Below are positions 1 to 10,279 of a stretch of DNA of 17,896 bases, piece after piece; position 1 is the first letter of the stretch; every line of letters begins with the position of its first letter. This stretch comes from a virus (taxonomy: Duplodnaviria > Heunggongvirae > Uroviricota > Caudoviricetes). The notes beneath the pieces were generated by a model that had not been told where the DNA came from, did no database searches, and worked only from the letters and a program-made list of their open reading frames with translations. The translations under genes were made by a program, and so were the position numbers. The DNA lies in IMG/VR virus record IMGVR_UViG_643348547_000004, one strand, 5' to 3'.

Positions 1-688
1 TTAAATGCCGAGTGGGAAAATATCATGGCCTTGTTCCTGCCAACTGGTGAGTTGCTGCTGTTGGGCAGAGGTTCGATTTTCACCGCACCACACCAGCAAT
101 GTACGGCCTTCGAACAGTTCAGGGCGTAGTTGATTGAGCGAGTGGGCGAGGACATCAATGCGCCATCCTTGTTGACTGGCAATCCAGCCCTCCAGCCACA
201 GACGGGTGGTATCGTGAATATTCCAGCCAACCACCAGCGCATCTTTACCCTGTTTTTTACGTGCCGAAGCCAGACAGATGGCGATGTAGTTGATCAGTAC
301 GCCGTCGAGGATCGCCAGCAGCGCCTGGAGAGTCGGTTGTTGACACTGAAGTCGTCGGCGCAGAGGAATAAACAGATGTGTGGTGAGTGTCTGGGCGGGG
401 TAATCCTGACCGCGCTCTTTGATCCACGTTCGCAGGCTATGCAGATTGCCGCTTTGCAGGTAAGTCAGTAATGTTTCTTGCTGATCGCGCCAGCCGTTCT
501 GCACATCAACATTTTCATTACTGAGCAGCATTTTTACTTTGCTGACCTGCACGCCGTTGTCGATCCAGCGTTTGATCTCGCGGATCCGGTCAATATCGGC
601 ATCGTTGAACAGCCGATGACCGCCGTCTGTCCGTTGCGGTTTCAGCAATCCGTAACGCCTCTGCCACGCGCGTAACGTGACAGGGATT
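1..688 (-). CDS. mlrA: MerR-family transcriptional regulator MlrA (YehV), 3' portion; the N-terminal ~25 codons and promoter are missing from this side of the prophage junction
   Basis: Minus-strand ORF 1..648 with stop (TAA) at 1-3. Translation shows a MerR-type HTH (LLKPQRTDGGHRLFNDADIDRIREIKRWIDNGVQVSKVK) and matches my recollection of E. coli MlrA. The frame stays open upstream to about 688 (..PVTLRAWQRRYGLL), where similarity is lost. Exact junction is uncertain by roughly 10 bp. Confidence 0.75.
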
Positions 689-722
689 AAGGGTAAACTA
701 ACTGATTTTGCAAGTTTTTATT
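689..722. other. Prophage/chromosome junction (attL region) between the mlrA fragment and the integrase stop codon
   Basis: mlrA reading frame breaks here and the adjacent gene is a tyrosine integrase read toward the junction, the arrangement expected at attL of a lambdoid prophage. The att core itself is not identifiable by eye. Confidence 0.5.
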
Positions 723-1177
723 TTACCCAACTTTCTTATGGGGCATACATGGGACACTTTCAGATAGTCTTTTGTTAAGGAGTTCTATCTGTTCGTGATT
801 GTTGTCTTTCATCCATGCTCCGTAAACATTGAATACCATTTGTGCGTTTGTGTGGCCCATCTGGCTTGCGATAAAACTAGGATTAGCTCCTGCGGCAAGT
901 GACCAGCATGCATAAGTATGCCTGGATTGGTACGATTTTCTGTGTCTCAGACCTGCGCGTTTTAAGATACTTGTCCATGACTCCCTGATGGAGTCAACCT
1001 TGTAGTGAGGTCCGGACAACTGCTGCTGTTTTGTTACCTGAGGACTAAAAACAAAAGTGCATTTATGCACAGCAGTTCTCCCATATTCCCTCTGCTTCAC
1101 CTCTACAGAATGTTGCTTTCCAAGCATGGTCATTTCCGCCTGGCTTTTAAGAGCATCAATAGCTGGTTGAACCAGAT
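723..1177 (-). pseudogene. int: Phage tyrosine integrase, C-terminal catalytic fragment; N-terminal part removed at the IS boundary
   Basis: ORF 723..1133 contains tyrosine-recombinase C-terminal motifs (RHTYA, MGH, VYGAW). I checked codon by codon that the frame is open upstream of the listed start as far as the IS inverted repeat at 1178, so the gene is cut by the IS. Confidence 0.7.
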
Positions 1178-1202
1178 TGAACCGCCCCGGGTTTCCTGGA
1201 GA
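1178..1202. repeat. IS terminal inverted repeat, orfB-proximal end
   Basis: Begins with TG and is a 22/25 inverted match to 4733-4757. Confidence 0.8.
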
Positions 1203-1219
1203 GTGTTTTATCTGTGAAC

Positions 1220-1720
<501 letters not shown>

Positions 1721-1743
1721 CTATTTCCCTGCCTCTCCTCCCC

Positions 1744-1777
1744 GAACCGGACGTGCACCTTTCAGCGCATCCGGCTC
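1744..1777 (-). ncRNA. Group II intron catalytic domain V (34 nt)
   Basis: Minus-strand 'GAGCCGGATGCGCTGAAAGGTGCACGTCCGGTTC' closely matches the domain V consensus (AGC triad, GAAA tetraloop, bulge) and lies immediately 3' of the RT stop codon. Confidence 0.8.
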
Positions 1778-1782
1778 TCCAT

Positions 1783-3306
1783 TTAAATGCTGGCGAACGC
1801 CATTGCCACTTCTGTAAAGCGCGATGTATACGTGTTTCTGGTCTCCGTCCTCAGATAGGGATTACCTTCGGGTAGCCGCCAGCGGAACAGCTTCTTGCCT
1901 TGCCCCACCAACCGGTACAGTATTTCGCCGCTGAGCTTGCCGTGATTGGTTTTACCAAATAAAACCCACGTTTTGCTCTGACCCGGTTTCGGTGATTTAC
2001 ACCACCACCTCATCAGGGAAGCGATACCTGTACGGTATTTGCGGGCCAGCCAGTGAGCCAGCTTCCAGAACACGACACGGTCGATATAACTGAAGACTTT
2101 GGCCTTAAAATCAACGAACTGATAGAACATGGCCCAGCCTTTCAGTTTTCGGTTGAGTTGTTCAGCCATATCGACTTTGCTTTCACTGTAGTTGCCTGAT
2201 AACAGTGCTGTCAGCGATGCGGCGAAGTTTCTGGCTTTCTCCTGCGGGATCGTTGAGACCACTCGCATCTCGCCATAACGACTGCGTTTGCGAATGATCC
2301 TGTGCCCCAGAAAGATAAAGCCGTCATTAACATGGGTGATTTTAGTCTTATCCATGTTCAGCCTGAGTTTCAGACTGCCTTCGAGCACACCCCGACACTC
2401 CTCCCTGATGGCTTCCGCCTGTGCTTTGGTGCCTTTGACGATGAGGACAAAATCATCGGCATAGCGGCAGTACGCCACCGCGGGTTTCCACTGCCAGTTT
2501 TCTCTGACCGCCGTACTTCGGCCCCGTTGGATACTGTTATTCCAGTACCACCGATCTTTTCTGGCTTTCCCGCTCAGGTAGCGCTCATGCAGGTATTGAT
2601 CGAACTCATTCAGCATGATGTTCGATAATAGCGGCGATATAACACCGCCCTGTGGCACACCTTCACTGGCCGCCCGAAAGAGACCGACATCGATATGTCC
2701 CGCCTTGATGGTTTTCCACAGCAGAGTCATGAAACGTGCGTCACTGATCCTGCGGCGTACAGCCTTCATCAGCAGTCGATGATGTACGGTGTCGAAGTAA
2801 CTGGACAGGTCGCCTTCAATCACCCAGCGTCCCCGGGTTTCACCGCAGTCTGTGAGCTGTAATTTCACCGTGCGGATCGCGTGGTGGACACTGCGCTCAG
2901 GCCGGAAGCCATATGAGAGCGTATGAAAATCACTCTCCCATATCGGCTCCATCGCCATCAGCATGGCCCGCTGAACAATACGATCCCGCAACGCGGGGAT
3001 ACCCAGTGGTCGCAGTTTGCCGTTGCTTTTAGGGATGTAAACCCGTCTGGCGGGCAAGGGCTGGTAGTGGCCTGAGAGTAATTCATCCCTGAGGATTTGC
3101 AGCTCAACAGCCAGTCTGGCCTGTAGCATTGTTTTGTTCACGCCATCAACGCCGGGGGTATGGGCCCCCTTTGATGAAAGCGTGATCCGCGCCGCTTCAG
3201 CCAGCCATTCTGGTTGTGTTATTAGACGCAGCAGCCGTTGAATCCGTAGGGACGGATCGGTGGCTGCCCATGTGGCAAGCTTGCGTTGCATTTCGCTGAT
3301 TATCAA
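1783..3306 (-). CDS. Group II intron-encoded reverse transcriptase/maturase (507 aa)
   Basis: RT motifs including the YADD box (..AYCRYADDFVLIV..) and a C-terminal maturase (X) region. No Cys/His-rich HNH endonuclease motifs are visible at the C-terminus. Confidence 0.9.
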   Translation of the reverse strand: MIISEMQRKLATWAATDPSLRIQRLLRLITQPEWLAEAARITLSSKGAHTPGVDGVNKTMLQARLAVELQILRDELLSGHYQPLPARRVYIPKSNGKLRPLGIPALRDRIVQRAMLMAMEPIWESDFHTLSYGFRPERSVHHAIRTVKLQLTDCGETRGRWVIEGDLSSYFDTVHHRLLMKAVRRRISDARFMTLLWKTIKAGHIDVGLFRAASEGVPQGGVISPLLSNIMLNEFDQYLHERYLSGKARKDRWYWNNSIQRGRSTAVRENWQWKPAVAYCRYADDFVLIVKGTKAQAEAIREECRGVLEGSLKLRLNMDKTKITHVNDGFIFLGHRIIRKRSRYGEMRVVSTIPQEKARNFAASLTALLSGNYSESKVDMAEQLNRKLKGWAMFYQFVDFKAKVFSYIDRVVFWKLAHWLARKYRTGIASLMRWWCKSPKPGQSKTWVLFGKTNHGKLSGEILYRLVGQGKKLFRWRLPEGNPYLRTETRNTYTSRFTEVAMAFASI

Positions 3307-3962
3307 AGGTCTTCACCTCGTTAGGTCAGTTAATTCACGTCGCAAACACATTCAAACTGCTTCCCTTCGCCATGTAATGGGCTTTCCCCATCGCGGACTA
3401 CTACGGAAGCTCCGCCAGCCAGCGCGTCATCGGAGCCATGCCCCCTTAACATCCGTCGCTGACCTTCCCCGGTTTACCTGCCTGGACTCAGGCATACTGA
3501 GGAGGCTGCCCGTCGCACTCTTTATCCTTGCTTGCCGCAAGTTGGCAGAAGTCAGCAACGCAAGCGTGATAGACGCTGCTGCCCCGGTGTTTCGCATACA
3601 TGTCAAAACACCTTCGACCGGCAGTGCTTACGTATCACTGCCAGTTCCTCCTGCACGGCCTGTCAGATCACGTAGGCCGTGGTGACGTTTTCAACCCACA
3701 GAGGCGGATTAACGGGTTCATGTTCTTCAGCCTTTCAGTACTTAACCTTGAGGATCATCTCGGCTTAGTGATCTCGCCTCAATCCCCGTTGTCAGCGGGT
3801 TACATCACCCTGCGGGCATGCCGCAGGTCACTGCCGCTCAGGTTCTCCACCGTCACACCCGGTGGGATTGTTGGGTTTCTCATCGTGAGTTACCGGTTCA
3901 ATATTCCAGACAGACTCGCGGTTCATTTAAGCATCCATGCCCGCCCTGAACTCCGGGCACAC

Positions 3963-4380
3963 CGTAAGTAAAATCAGCCACCCACAGCTGGTCAGGTCGT
4001 TCTGCCACGAACTGACGGTTTACGCGGTCGCCTGCGGCAACGGCTTTCCGGCTGATGGTCGTACGGACCTTTTTACCCCGGAGAACACCGGCAAGTCCCA
4101 TAACCGCCATGAGACGTGCCACAGTGCATCTGGCCACTCTGATACCTTCCCGTAACAACTGACGCCAGACTTTACGCACACCGTATACCTTGTGATTTTC
4201 ATCGTATACGCGCTGTATCTCTTTCTTCAGCCAGTCATCGCGCTGCGCACGGGCACTGCGTTTATCCGGATGATGTCGCTGTTGCTGACAGTGGTAATAC
4301 GTTGACGGGGCAATATGCAGTTCGCTGCATAGCGGTCCGACCCCGTACTGCTCACGCAGCTTATCCAGCAGTGGCATCAT
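3963..4380 (-). CDS. IS3-family transposase OrfB, exon 1 (N-terminal part through the first catalytic Asp in ..LWVADFTY)
   Basis: ORF 3898..4380 matches IS629 OrfB up to residue ~139 (..VADFTY), then reads into unrelated sequence that begins with 'GTGTG' on the minus strand. Confidence 0.8.
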
Positions 4381-4703
4381 TTTTTCCAGAGGCGGTCGAA
4401 CTCCGCCTTCGCAAAATAAGCGGAAGCCTGGCGAAGGATATCGTTACTGCGGCGCAGTTCACGATTTTCACGTTCCAGCTCTTTCAGACGCTGACGTTCA
4501 GCGGTGGTGAGCCCTCCATCACCGCCCCCGGTATCCCGCTCATGCTGGCGAACCCAGACACGCAGAGTCTCCGGCGTACAGCCAATCTTTGGAGCAATGG
4601 AACAAATTGTCGCCCATTGTGAGTCATATTCGCTCTGACTTTCCAGAACCATACGGACTGCCCGTTGACGGACTTCGGGGGAAAAACGAGTATTTTTAGT
4701 CAT
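4377..4703 (-). CDS. IS3-family transposase OrfA (108 aa, HTH DNA-binding subunit)
   Basis: ORF 4377..4703 ([19 protein letters not shown]...) with the leucine-zipper-like C-terminus typical of IS3 OrfA. Its end overlaps the orfB start through an A-run ('GGAAAAAATGATG' on the minus strand), consistent with the -1 frameshift window of IS3-family elements. Confidence 0.85.
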   Translation of the reverse strand: MTKNTRFSPEVRQRAVRMVLESQSEYDSQWATICSIAPKIGCTPETLRVWVRQHERDTGGGDGGLTTAERQRLKELERENRELRRSNDILRQASAYFAKAEFDRLWKK

Positions 4704-4732
4704 CCTGTTTACCTCTTTCTCAGGAAGTTTAG

Positions 4733-4757
4733 TCTCCAGGATTCCCGGGGCGGTTCA
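4733..4757. repeat. IS terminal inverted repeat, orfA-proximal end
   Basis: Reverse complement is a 22/25 match to 1178-1202. Confidence 0.8.
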
Positions 4758-7669
4758 GTCAGCGGACAGGTACCGCGTTTTCGGATAATGCGGCCCTGTT
4801 TGCCCGTTCGGCTGCCTCGATGCGTGAATATGGTTACAGTGCTGATGATGTGCTGAAGGTGACGGAGGCCATTTCGACAGGACTGAAACTGTCAGGGGCT
4901 GGAGTTGCGGAATCCGGTTCGGTGATCACCCAGTTCAGCCAGGCACTGGCACAGGGTGTACTGCGTGGCGAAGAATTTAATGCTGTTAACGAAAATGGCG
5001 ACCGGGTGATCCGCGCGCTTGCTGCGGGGATGGGTGTGGCCCGTAAAGATCTGAAGGCAATGGCGGATGACGGAAAACTGACAGCGGATAAAGTGGTCCC
5101 CGCGTTAATCAGCCAGCTGGGGATATTACGTGATGAATATGCGGCCATGCCGGAAACGGTTTCCGGTAGTATCACAAAGGTGGAAAACGCCTTTATGGCC
5201 TGGGTGGGCGGTGTGAATGAGGCCAGCGGCTCGACGAAAACGCTCTCCGGCGTGCTGAATGGTGTGGCCGGACATATTGATAATGTGGCCGCGGCGGCGG
5301 GCGTGCTGGTTGCTGTCGGGGTGGCCCGGTACTTTGGCAATATGGCCGCAGGCGTGGGAAAGGCCACCACAGAGCTGATCGCGGCGAAGTCCGGGACGGT
5401 TGCCCTGGCAGCCGCACAGGCAGATGCGTCTGTTCAGGTGCAGCGTAAGGCGGCAGCTGACGCGCTGGCGGCAGAACGTGCCTGGCAACTGGCACAGGCT
5501 GAACTTGCACTGGCCAGAAACACCAGTGCGGAGGCGCTGGCCACACAGAATGCCGTCGCAAAACGCCGGGCCATGATTGTGGCCAATGCCGCACTGGTAC
5601 AGTCGAATCAGGCGGTGGCGGCCTCGAGGAAGGCGCTGGAGAATGCCACGTCGGTTACGGGAATGCTGAAAAGTGGCGCGGCATCCCTGCTTTCGCTTGT
5701 CGGCGGGATACCCGGTTTACTGATGCTGGGAGCCGGTGCCTGGTACACGGTGTACCAGAATCAGGAACAGGCCAGGGAGTCCGCCCGTCAGTATGCATCG
5801 ACGATTGATGAAATCCGGGCAAAGGTACCGGGAATGACCCTTCCGGAACTGGCTGATAATGAGGGTAAAACCCGCGAGGCACTGGAAGAGCAGAATCGTC
5901 TGATTGCTGAGCAGGAAAGTAAAGTCCGGGGACTGAAAACACAGATTGCTGACTATCAGCGCTGGCTGCAGGAAAATCCACAGGGTGGTTCAGGTGCGGA
6001 GATTATAACCCACGGCCTTGCGGAGGCAACCGGCAGGCTGGCGGTCGAGCAGTCACGCCTGACACAGATACAGGAAAAGGCGAAGTCTGTACAGGAAACG
6101 CTGGCGTCACTGGAATACAACCGTGTGGCGAGGATACGTGAGGAGGCGGCAGAGCAGAACAGGGCATACCAGGCATTACTGCAGACGAATGTTCAGCATA
6201 CGGAATTCAACCGTCTGCTGGGGCTGGGGAATGAACTGCTTCAGCAGCGGCAGGGACTGGTGAATGTGCCGTTACGGCTGCCACAGGCCACTCTGGATGA
6301 TAAACAGCAGAGTGCCCTGACAAAAACAGAGCGTGAGCTGGCCCTGTCCAGACTGAAAGGGGAAGAAAAAGAGCGTGTCCGACTGGGGTATGCGGCGGAT
6401 GACCTCGGTTTTGTGGGTGATCCGTATCAGGAGGCGAGACAACGTTATATCAGTAATGCCCTGGAAGCCTGGCGCAATAACGAGGCGAATAAAACCAAAT
6501 CCCGGGGTGGAAAATCAGAGACGGAAAAAGCGGAAGACAGTTTTTCCCGGCTACTGAAGCAGCAGAAAGAGCAACTGGCACTGGCGGGTCAGAATACAGA
6601 GCTGGCGAAGCTGAAGTACCAGACAGCGCAGGGCGAACTGAAAACCCTGACGGAGATACAGAAGCAGGAACTGCTGCGCAATGCGGCCCTGATTGACCAG
6701 CAAAAAATCCGGGAACAGTTGCGATCCCGGGAAGAGACCCTGAAGAATGATAATGTGGCTGCGCGTGCATCAAATGAAGCCGAACTGCTGGGGTACGGGC
6801 AGGGAGAACGAGCCAGGGAACGCATGCGGGAGTTGCAGCAGATCCGCGACAGCTTCCGCCAGAAGGATGCGGACCTTCAGTCTCAGTATCAGACCGGGGA
6901 TATCAGTGAGGATTTTTACAGACAGGCACGGGCACAGAACGCGCAGTATCTGAGCGAACGCCTTAAGGACCAGGCAGCCTTTTATGCCGAATCGGATGCG
7001 CAGCGTGCGGACTGGCAGAAAGGCTTGCAGGAGGGGCTCAGTAACTGGGTGGACAATGCATCCGATTACGCCTCTCAGGCAGCACAGCTGGCAACGGAGG
7101 GGATTTCAGGACTGGTGAATAACATCACGGAGATGCTGAACGGAAACAAAGTGGAATGGCGCAACTGGGCCTCATCCGTACTGCAGGAAATCTCAAAAGT
7201 TCTTATGAATGCCGCGATTGTCAACGGAATTAAGACGGCGGCAAACGGTATGTCCGGTGCGGGAGGATTTATTGGCAGCATTGGTGACTGGCTGGGCGGT
7301 GCGGTGGCCAATGCAAAAGGCGGCGTGTATACCTCGGCAAACCTGAGTGCGTACAGCAACAGCATTGTGGACACGCCCACGTACTTTGCGTTTGCAAAAG
7401 GGGCCGGGCTGATGGGGGAAGCCGGACCTGAAGCCATTATGCCCCTGACCCGGGCGGCGGATGGCTCGCTGGGCGTACGCGCGGTGGGCAGTATGAACGG
7501 CAGTGCCGGTCTGGTGTATTCCCCGGTCTACCACATCGCCATTCAGAATGACGGGGCTAACGGACAGATAGGGCCGGAGGCGGCAGGCAGTCTTGTGCAG
7601 CTGATTGACCAGCGGGTGCAGGCGGTGATGCTGTCCATGCGACGTGACGGAGGAATGCTGAGTGGCTGA
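4758..7669 (+). pseudogene. H: Tail tape measure protein (lambda H homologue), 5'-truncated at the IS boundary
   Basis: ORF 4820..7669 (949 aa), with the frame verified open upstream to the IS end at 4757. It has coiled-coil-rich tape-measure composition and its C-terminus (..NDGANGQIGP..RRDGGMLSG) resembles the lambda H C-terminus as I recall it. There is no upstream start codon or RBS. Confidence 0.8.
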
Positions 7670-8003
7670 GATAAAAACGCTGCATCTGGTCCCGCGTGAA
7701 GGGATGCAGGTGAGTGAGAAACCGTCGGTGGTGAGGGTTCGGTTTGGTGACGGTTATGAACAGCGCCGACCGACGGGACTTAATGCCAGACTGAAGACGT
7801 TTCAGGCGGTGTTCCGGGTGACGGATGAACCAACCCGGCGCTGGCTGGATGAATTTTTATCCTGGCATGGTGGTTACCGTGCCTTTTTGTGGCGACCGCC
7901 GAAACATAACCGGACGGTGAGGGTGGTATGCCGGGAGTGGAGCGTCACAGATAACGCCAGGTACAGTGATTTCAGTTGTACGATTGAGCAGGTGGTGAAC
8001 TGA
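7662..8003 (+). CDS. M: Minor tail protein M
   Basis: 113-aa ORF with a GTG start overlapping the tape-measure stop. Matches lambda M by recollection (..VRFGDGYEQRRPTGLNA..FSCTIEQVVN). Confidence 0.85.
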   Translation: MAEIKTLHLVPREGMQVSEKPSVVRVRFGDGYEQRRPTGLNARLKTFQAVFRVTDEPTRRWLDEFLSWHGGYRAFLWRPPKHNRTVRVVCREWSVTDNARYSDFSCTIEQVVN

Positions 8004-8701
8004 TGCAGGATATTCACGAAGAAAGTCTGAACGAGTCGGTTAAGTCAGAGCAGTCACCGCGGGTGGTACTCTGGGAAATCGACCTGACGGTGCAGGGCGG
8101 TGAGCGGTATTTTTTCTGCAATGAGCTGAATGAAAAAGGGGAGCCGGTGACCTGGCAGGGGCGTGAATATCAGGCGTACCCGATTGAGGGGAGTGGCTTT
8201 GAGATGAACGGGAAGGGCAGCAGTGCCAGACCATCGCTGACGGTGTCCAATCTGTTTGGTCTGGTCACCGGGATGGCGGAAGACCTGCAGAGTCTGGTGG
8301 GGGCCACGGTGGTCCGCCGCCGGGTGTATGCCCGTTTTCTGGATGCGGTGAATTTCGTTGCGGGCAATCCGGAGGCGGACCCGGAGCAGGAGCTGAGTGA
8401 CCGCTGGGTGGTGGAGCAGATGTCGCAGCTGACAGCCATGACGGCCTCGTTTGTGCTGGCCACACCGACCGAGACGGACGGGGCGCTGTTTCCCGGTCGC
8501 ATCATGCTGGCGAACACCTGTATGTGGACCTGCCGCTCTGATGAGTGTGGTTACACGGGCGGGGCAGTGGCGGATGAGTTCGATAAACCCACCACGGATA
8601 TCCGTAAGGACAGATGCAGCAAGTGCATGCGCGGGTGTGAACTGCGCAGGAATGTCGGCAATTTTGGCGGTTTCCTTTCCATTAATAAACTTTCGCAGTA
8701 A
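8003..8701 (+). CDS. L: Minor tail protein L
   Basis: 232-aa ORF whose ATG overlaps the M stop (TGATG). Strong match to lambda L by recollection (MQDI..VVLWEIDLT..GERYFFCNE..NVGNFGGFLSINKLSQ). Confidence 0.9.
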   Translation: MQDIHEESLNESVKSEQSPRVVLWEIDLTVQGGERYFFCNELNEKGEPVTWQGREYQAYPIEGSGFEMNGKGSSARPSLTVSNLFGLVTGMAEDLQSLVGATVVRRRVYARFLDAVNFVAGNPEADPEQELSDRWVVEQMSQLTAMTASFVLATPTETDGALFPGRIMLANTCMWTCRSDECGYTGGAVADEFDKPTTDIRKDRCSKCMRGCELRRNVGNFGGFLSINKLSQ

Positions 8702-8711
8702 ATCCCGGTTT

Positions 8712-9455
8712 ATGACACAGACTGAATCAGCGATTCTGGCGCATGCCCGGCGGTGTGCGCCTGCGGAGTCGTGCGGCTTCGTGATAAGCACGCCGGAGGG
8801 GGAGCGGTATATCCCTTGTGTGAATATTTCCGCAGAGCCGGAGGCGTATTTTCGTATCGCACCGGAAGACTGGCTGCGGGCAGAGATGCAGGGGGAGATT
8901 GTGGCACTGGTCCACAGTCATCCCGGTGGGCTGCCCTGGCTGAGCGAGGCTGACCGGCGGCTGCAGATAAAAAGCGCACTGCCCTGGTGGCTGGTCTGCC
9001 GGGGTGACATTCACAAATTCCGCTGCGTGCCGCACCTGACGGGACGGCGCTTTGAGCACGGGGTGACGGACTGTTACACGCTGTTCCGGGATGCATACCA
9101 TCTGGCGGGGACTGAAATGCCGGATTTTCATCGCGAGGATGACTGGTGGCGCAACGGTCAGAACCTTTACCTGGACAATATGGCGGTCACCGGCTTTTAC
9201 CGGGTGCCCCTGTCCTCTGCACAGGCGGGCGATATTCTGCTGTGCTGCTTTGGTGCTTCGGTACCGAACCATGCCGCCATTTACTGCGGCAACGGTGAGC
9301 TGCTTCACCATCTGCCTGAACAACTGAGTAAACGGGAGAGGTATTCCGAAAAATGGCAACGACGAACGCATTCTGTCTGGCGTCACCGCCACTGGCACGC
9401 ATCTGCCTTCACGGGGATTTGCAACGATTTGGCCGCCGCCTCAGCCTGTATGTGA
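8712..9455 (+). CDS. K: Tail assembly protein K (JAB/MPN-like plus NlpC/P60-like regions)
   Basis: ATG at 8712 begins MTQTESAILAHARRCAPAESCGF.., matching lambda K by recollection. The JAMM-like 'HSHPGG..S..D' and a Cys/His pair (DCY .. NHAAIY) are visible. The ORF-track start at 8451 is an in-frame extension overlapping L and is rejected. Confidence 0.85.
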   Translation: MTQTESAILAHARRCAPAESCGFVISTPEGERYIPCVNISAEPEAYFRIAPEDWLRAEMQGEIVALVHSHPGGLPWLSEADRRLQIKSALPWWLVCRGDIHKFRCVPHLTGRRFEHGVTDCYTLFRDAYHLAGTEMPDFHREDDWWRNGQNLYLDNMAVTGFYRVPLSSAQAGDILLCCFGASVPNHAAIYCGNGELLHHLPEQLSKRERYSEKWQRRTHSVWRHRHWHASAFTGICNDLAAASACM

Positions 9456-10033
9456 ACACGGCAGCGGAAGCCATTCGCGCCCTGTCGATGCAGATGCCGG
9501 GCTTTCGCCGTCAGATGAACGAAGGCTGGTACCAGATACGTATTGCCGGTGATGACACGGCACCGGAGGCGGTGTACGCCCGTCTTCACGAACAGCTGGG
9601 TGAGGGAACGGTCATCCACATTGTGCCGCGACTGGCCGGAGCCGGAAAGGGCGGACTGCAGATTGTGCTGGGGGCGGCAGCCATCGTGGGCTCTTTCTTC
9701 ACGGCCGGTGCCTCGATGGCGTTATGGGGTTCAGCCCTGGCAGCCGGTGGTTTTTCTGCCACCACGATGCTGTTTTCACTGGGGGCCAGCATGATACTGG
9801 GCGGTGTGGCACAGATGCTGGCCCCGAAGGCAAAAACACCGGATTACCGCGCAACGGATAACGGCAGACAGAACACGTACTTTTCCTCGCTGGATAACAT
9901 GATTGCCCAGGGGAACCCGATGCCGGTGCCTTACGGGGAAATGCTGGTTGGCTCCCGCCGTATATCCCAGGACATCAGCACCCGTGATGAAGGCGGGGGC
10001 GGAAAGGTCGTGGTTATCGGGCGGCAGGGGTAA
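9353..10033 (+). CDS. I: Tail assembly protein I
   Basis: 226-aa ORF overlapping the end of K. Matches lambda I by recollection (..ARICLYGDLQRFGRR..IVLGAAAI.GSFFTAGA..NTYFSSLDNM..). Confidence 0.85.
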   Translation: MATTNAFCLASPPLARICLHGDLQRFGRRLSLYVNTAAEAIRALSMQMPGFRRQMNEGWYQIRIAGDDTAPEAVYARLHEQLGEGTVIHIVPRLAGAGKGGLQIVLGAAAIVGSFFTAGASMALWGSALAAGGFSATTMLFSLGASMILGGVAQMLAPKAKTPDYRATDNGRQNTYFSSLDNMIAQGNPMPVPYGEMLVGSRRISQDISTRDEGGGGKVVVIGRQG

Positions 10034-10078
10034 AAAGAATAAAAAAATCCCGCAGTGATCGCGGACAGGAACTGCGGG
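10034..10078 (-). terminator. Candidate intrinsic terminator on the minus strand (hairpin followed by a U-tract)
   Basis: 8-bp stem 'CCCGCAGT' (10049-10056) pairing with 'ACTGCGGG' (10071-10078) around a 14-nt loop. On the minus strand it is followed by 'ATTTTTTTATTCTTT' (10048-10034). The long loop makes it less canonical. Confidence 0.5.
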
Positions 10079-10137
10079 AGAGTTACGAAGATTAAGTGTA
10101 AGGAATTATTCTTATATCACGACAAAAAAATTAACGC
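10040..10137 (-). ncRNA. Candidate ~100-nt small RNA in the I-J spacer (promoter-to-terminator unit with no ORF)
   Basis: Bounded by a TTCACA-16-TATAAT promoter (10171-10144) and the terminator at 10078-10034 on the same strand. No ATG-initiated ORF lies between them. Ends are predicted, not measured. Confidence 0.35.
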
Positions 10138-10143
10138 AGCGAA

Positions 10144-10171
10144 ATTATACGCGCCACAGTCAGTTTGTGAA
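10144..10171 (-). promoter_or_regulatory. Predicted sigma70 promoter on the minus strand (-35 TTCACA, 16-bp spacer, -10 TATAAT)
   Basis: Plus-strand 'tgtgaa' at 10166-10171 and 'attata' at 10144-10149 are the reverse complements of TTCACA and TATAAT, with a 16-bp spacer. Confidence 0.4.
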
Positions 10172-10243
10172 AATGTGAAGATATTCAGAATTTTTATGCC
10201 ATTACCGGTTTTAACCAACAGGATTATCGGTGGGCATGAAAGA

Positions 10244-10279
10244 AAACCCCGGTATCTGCTGATACCGGGGTTTCTCTTT
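10244..10279 (+). terminator. Strong bidirectional intrinsic terminator upstream of J
   Basis: Perfect 10-bp stem 'CCCCGGTATC' (10247-10256) and 'GATACCGGGG' (10261-10270) with a 4-nt loop, preceded by an A-tract and followed by 'TTTCTCTTT'. Confidence 0.65.

Noticed and set aside
1783-3306. Reverse transcriptase as part of a diversity-generating retroelement acting on the tail fibre, or a retron
   Set aside because: The RT is embedded in a complete group II intron (GUGYG 5' end, domain V, maturase region) and is about 11.6 kb from the fibre gene. No template/variable repeat pair was seen near the fibre 3' end.
3260-3971. Plus-strand ORFs (141, 123 and 72 aa) between the RT gene and the intron 5' end
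   Set aside because: This interval corresponds to ribozyme domains I-III of the group II intron on the opposite strand. The ORFs are antisense to structured RNA and have no translation signals.
5126-5594. Minus-strand ORFs (120 and 133 aa) inside the tape measure gene
   Set aside because: Pro/Arg/His-rich translations typical of antisense frames in GC-rich coding DNA. They lie fully inside a well-supported plus-strand gene and have no RBS.
8451-8711. In-frame N-terminal extension of K back to 8451, overlapping L
   Set aside because: Homology to K begins at the ATG at 8712, just after the L stop. The extension is a stop-free run in the K frame within L.
8054-9398. Long minus-strand ORFs (245, 223, 128 aa) antisense to L and K
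   Set aside because: Arg/Pro-rich low-complexity products overlapping genes with strong lambda homology. Judged GC-driven artefacts.
10040-10137. Possibility that the I-J spacer transcript is the known GcvB-sponge sRNA AgvB
   Set aside because: The predicted transcript has no CA-rich tract complementary to the GU-rich GcvB seed, so I do not assign that identity. It remains an unnamed candidate.
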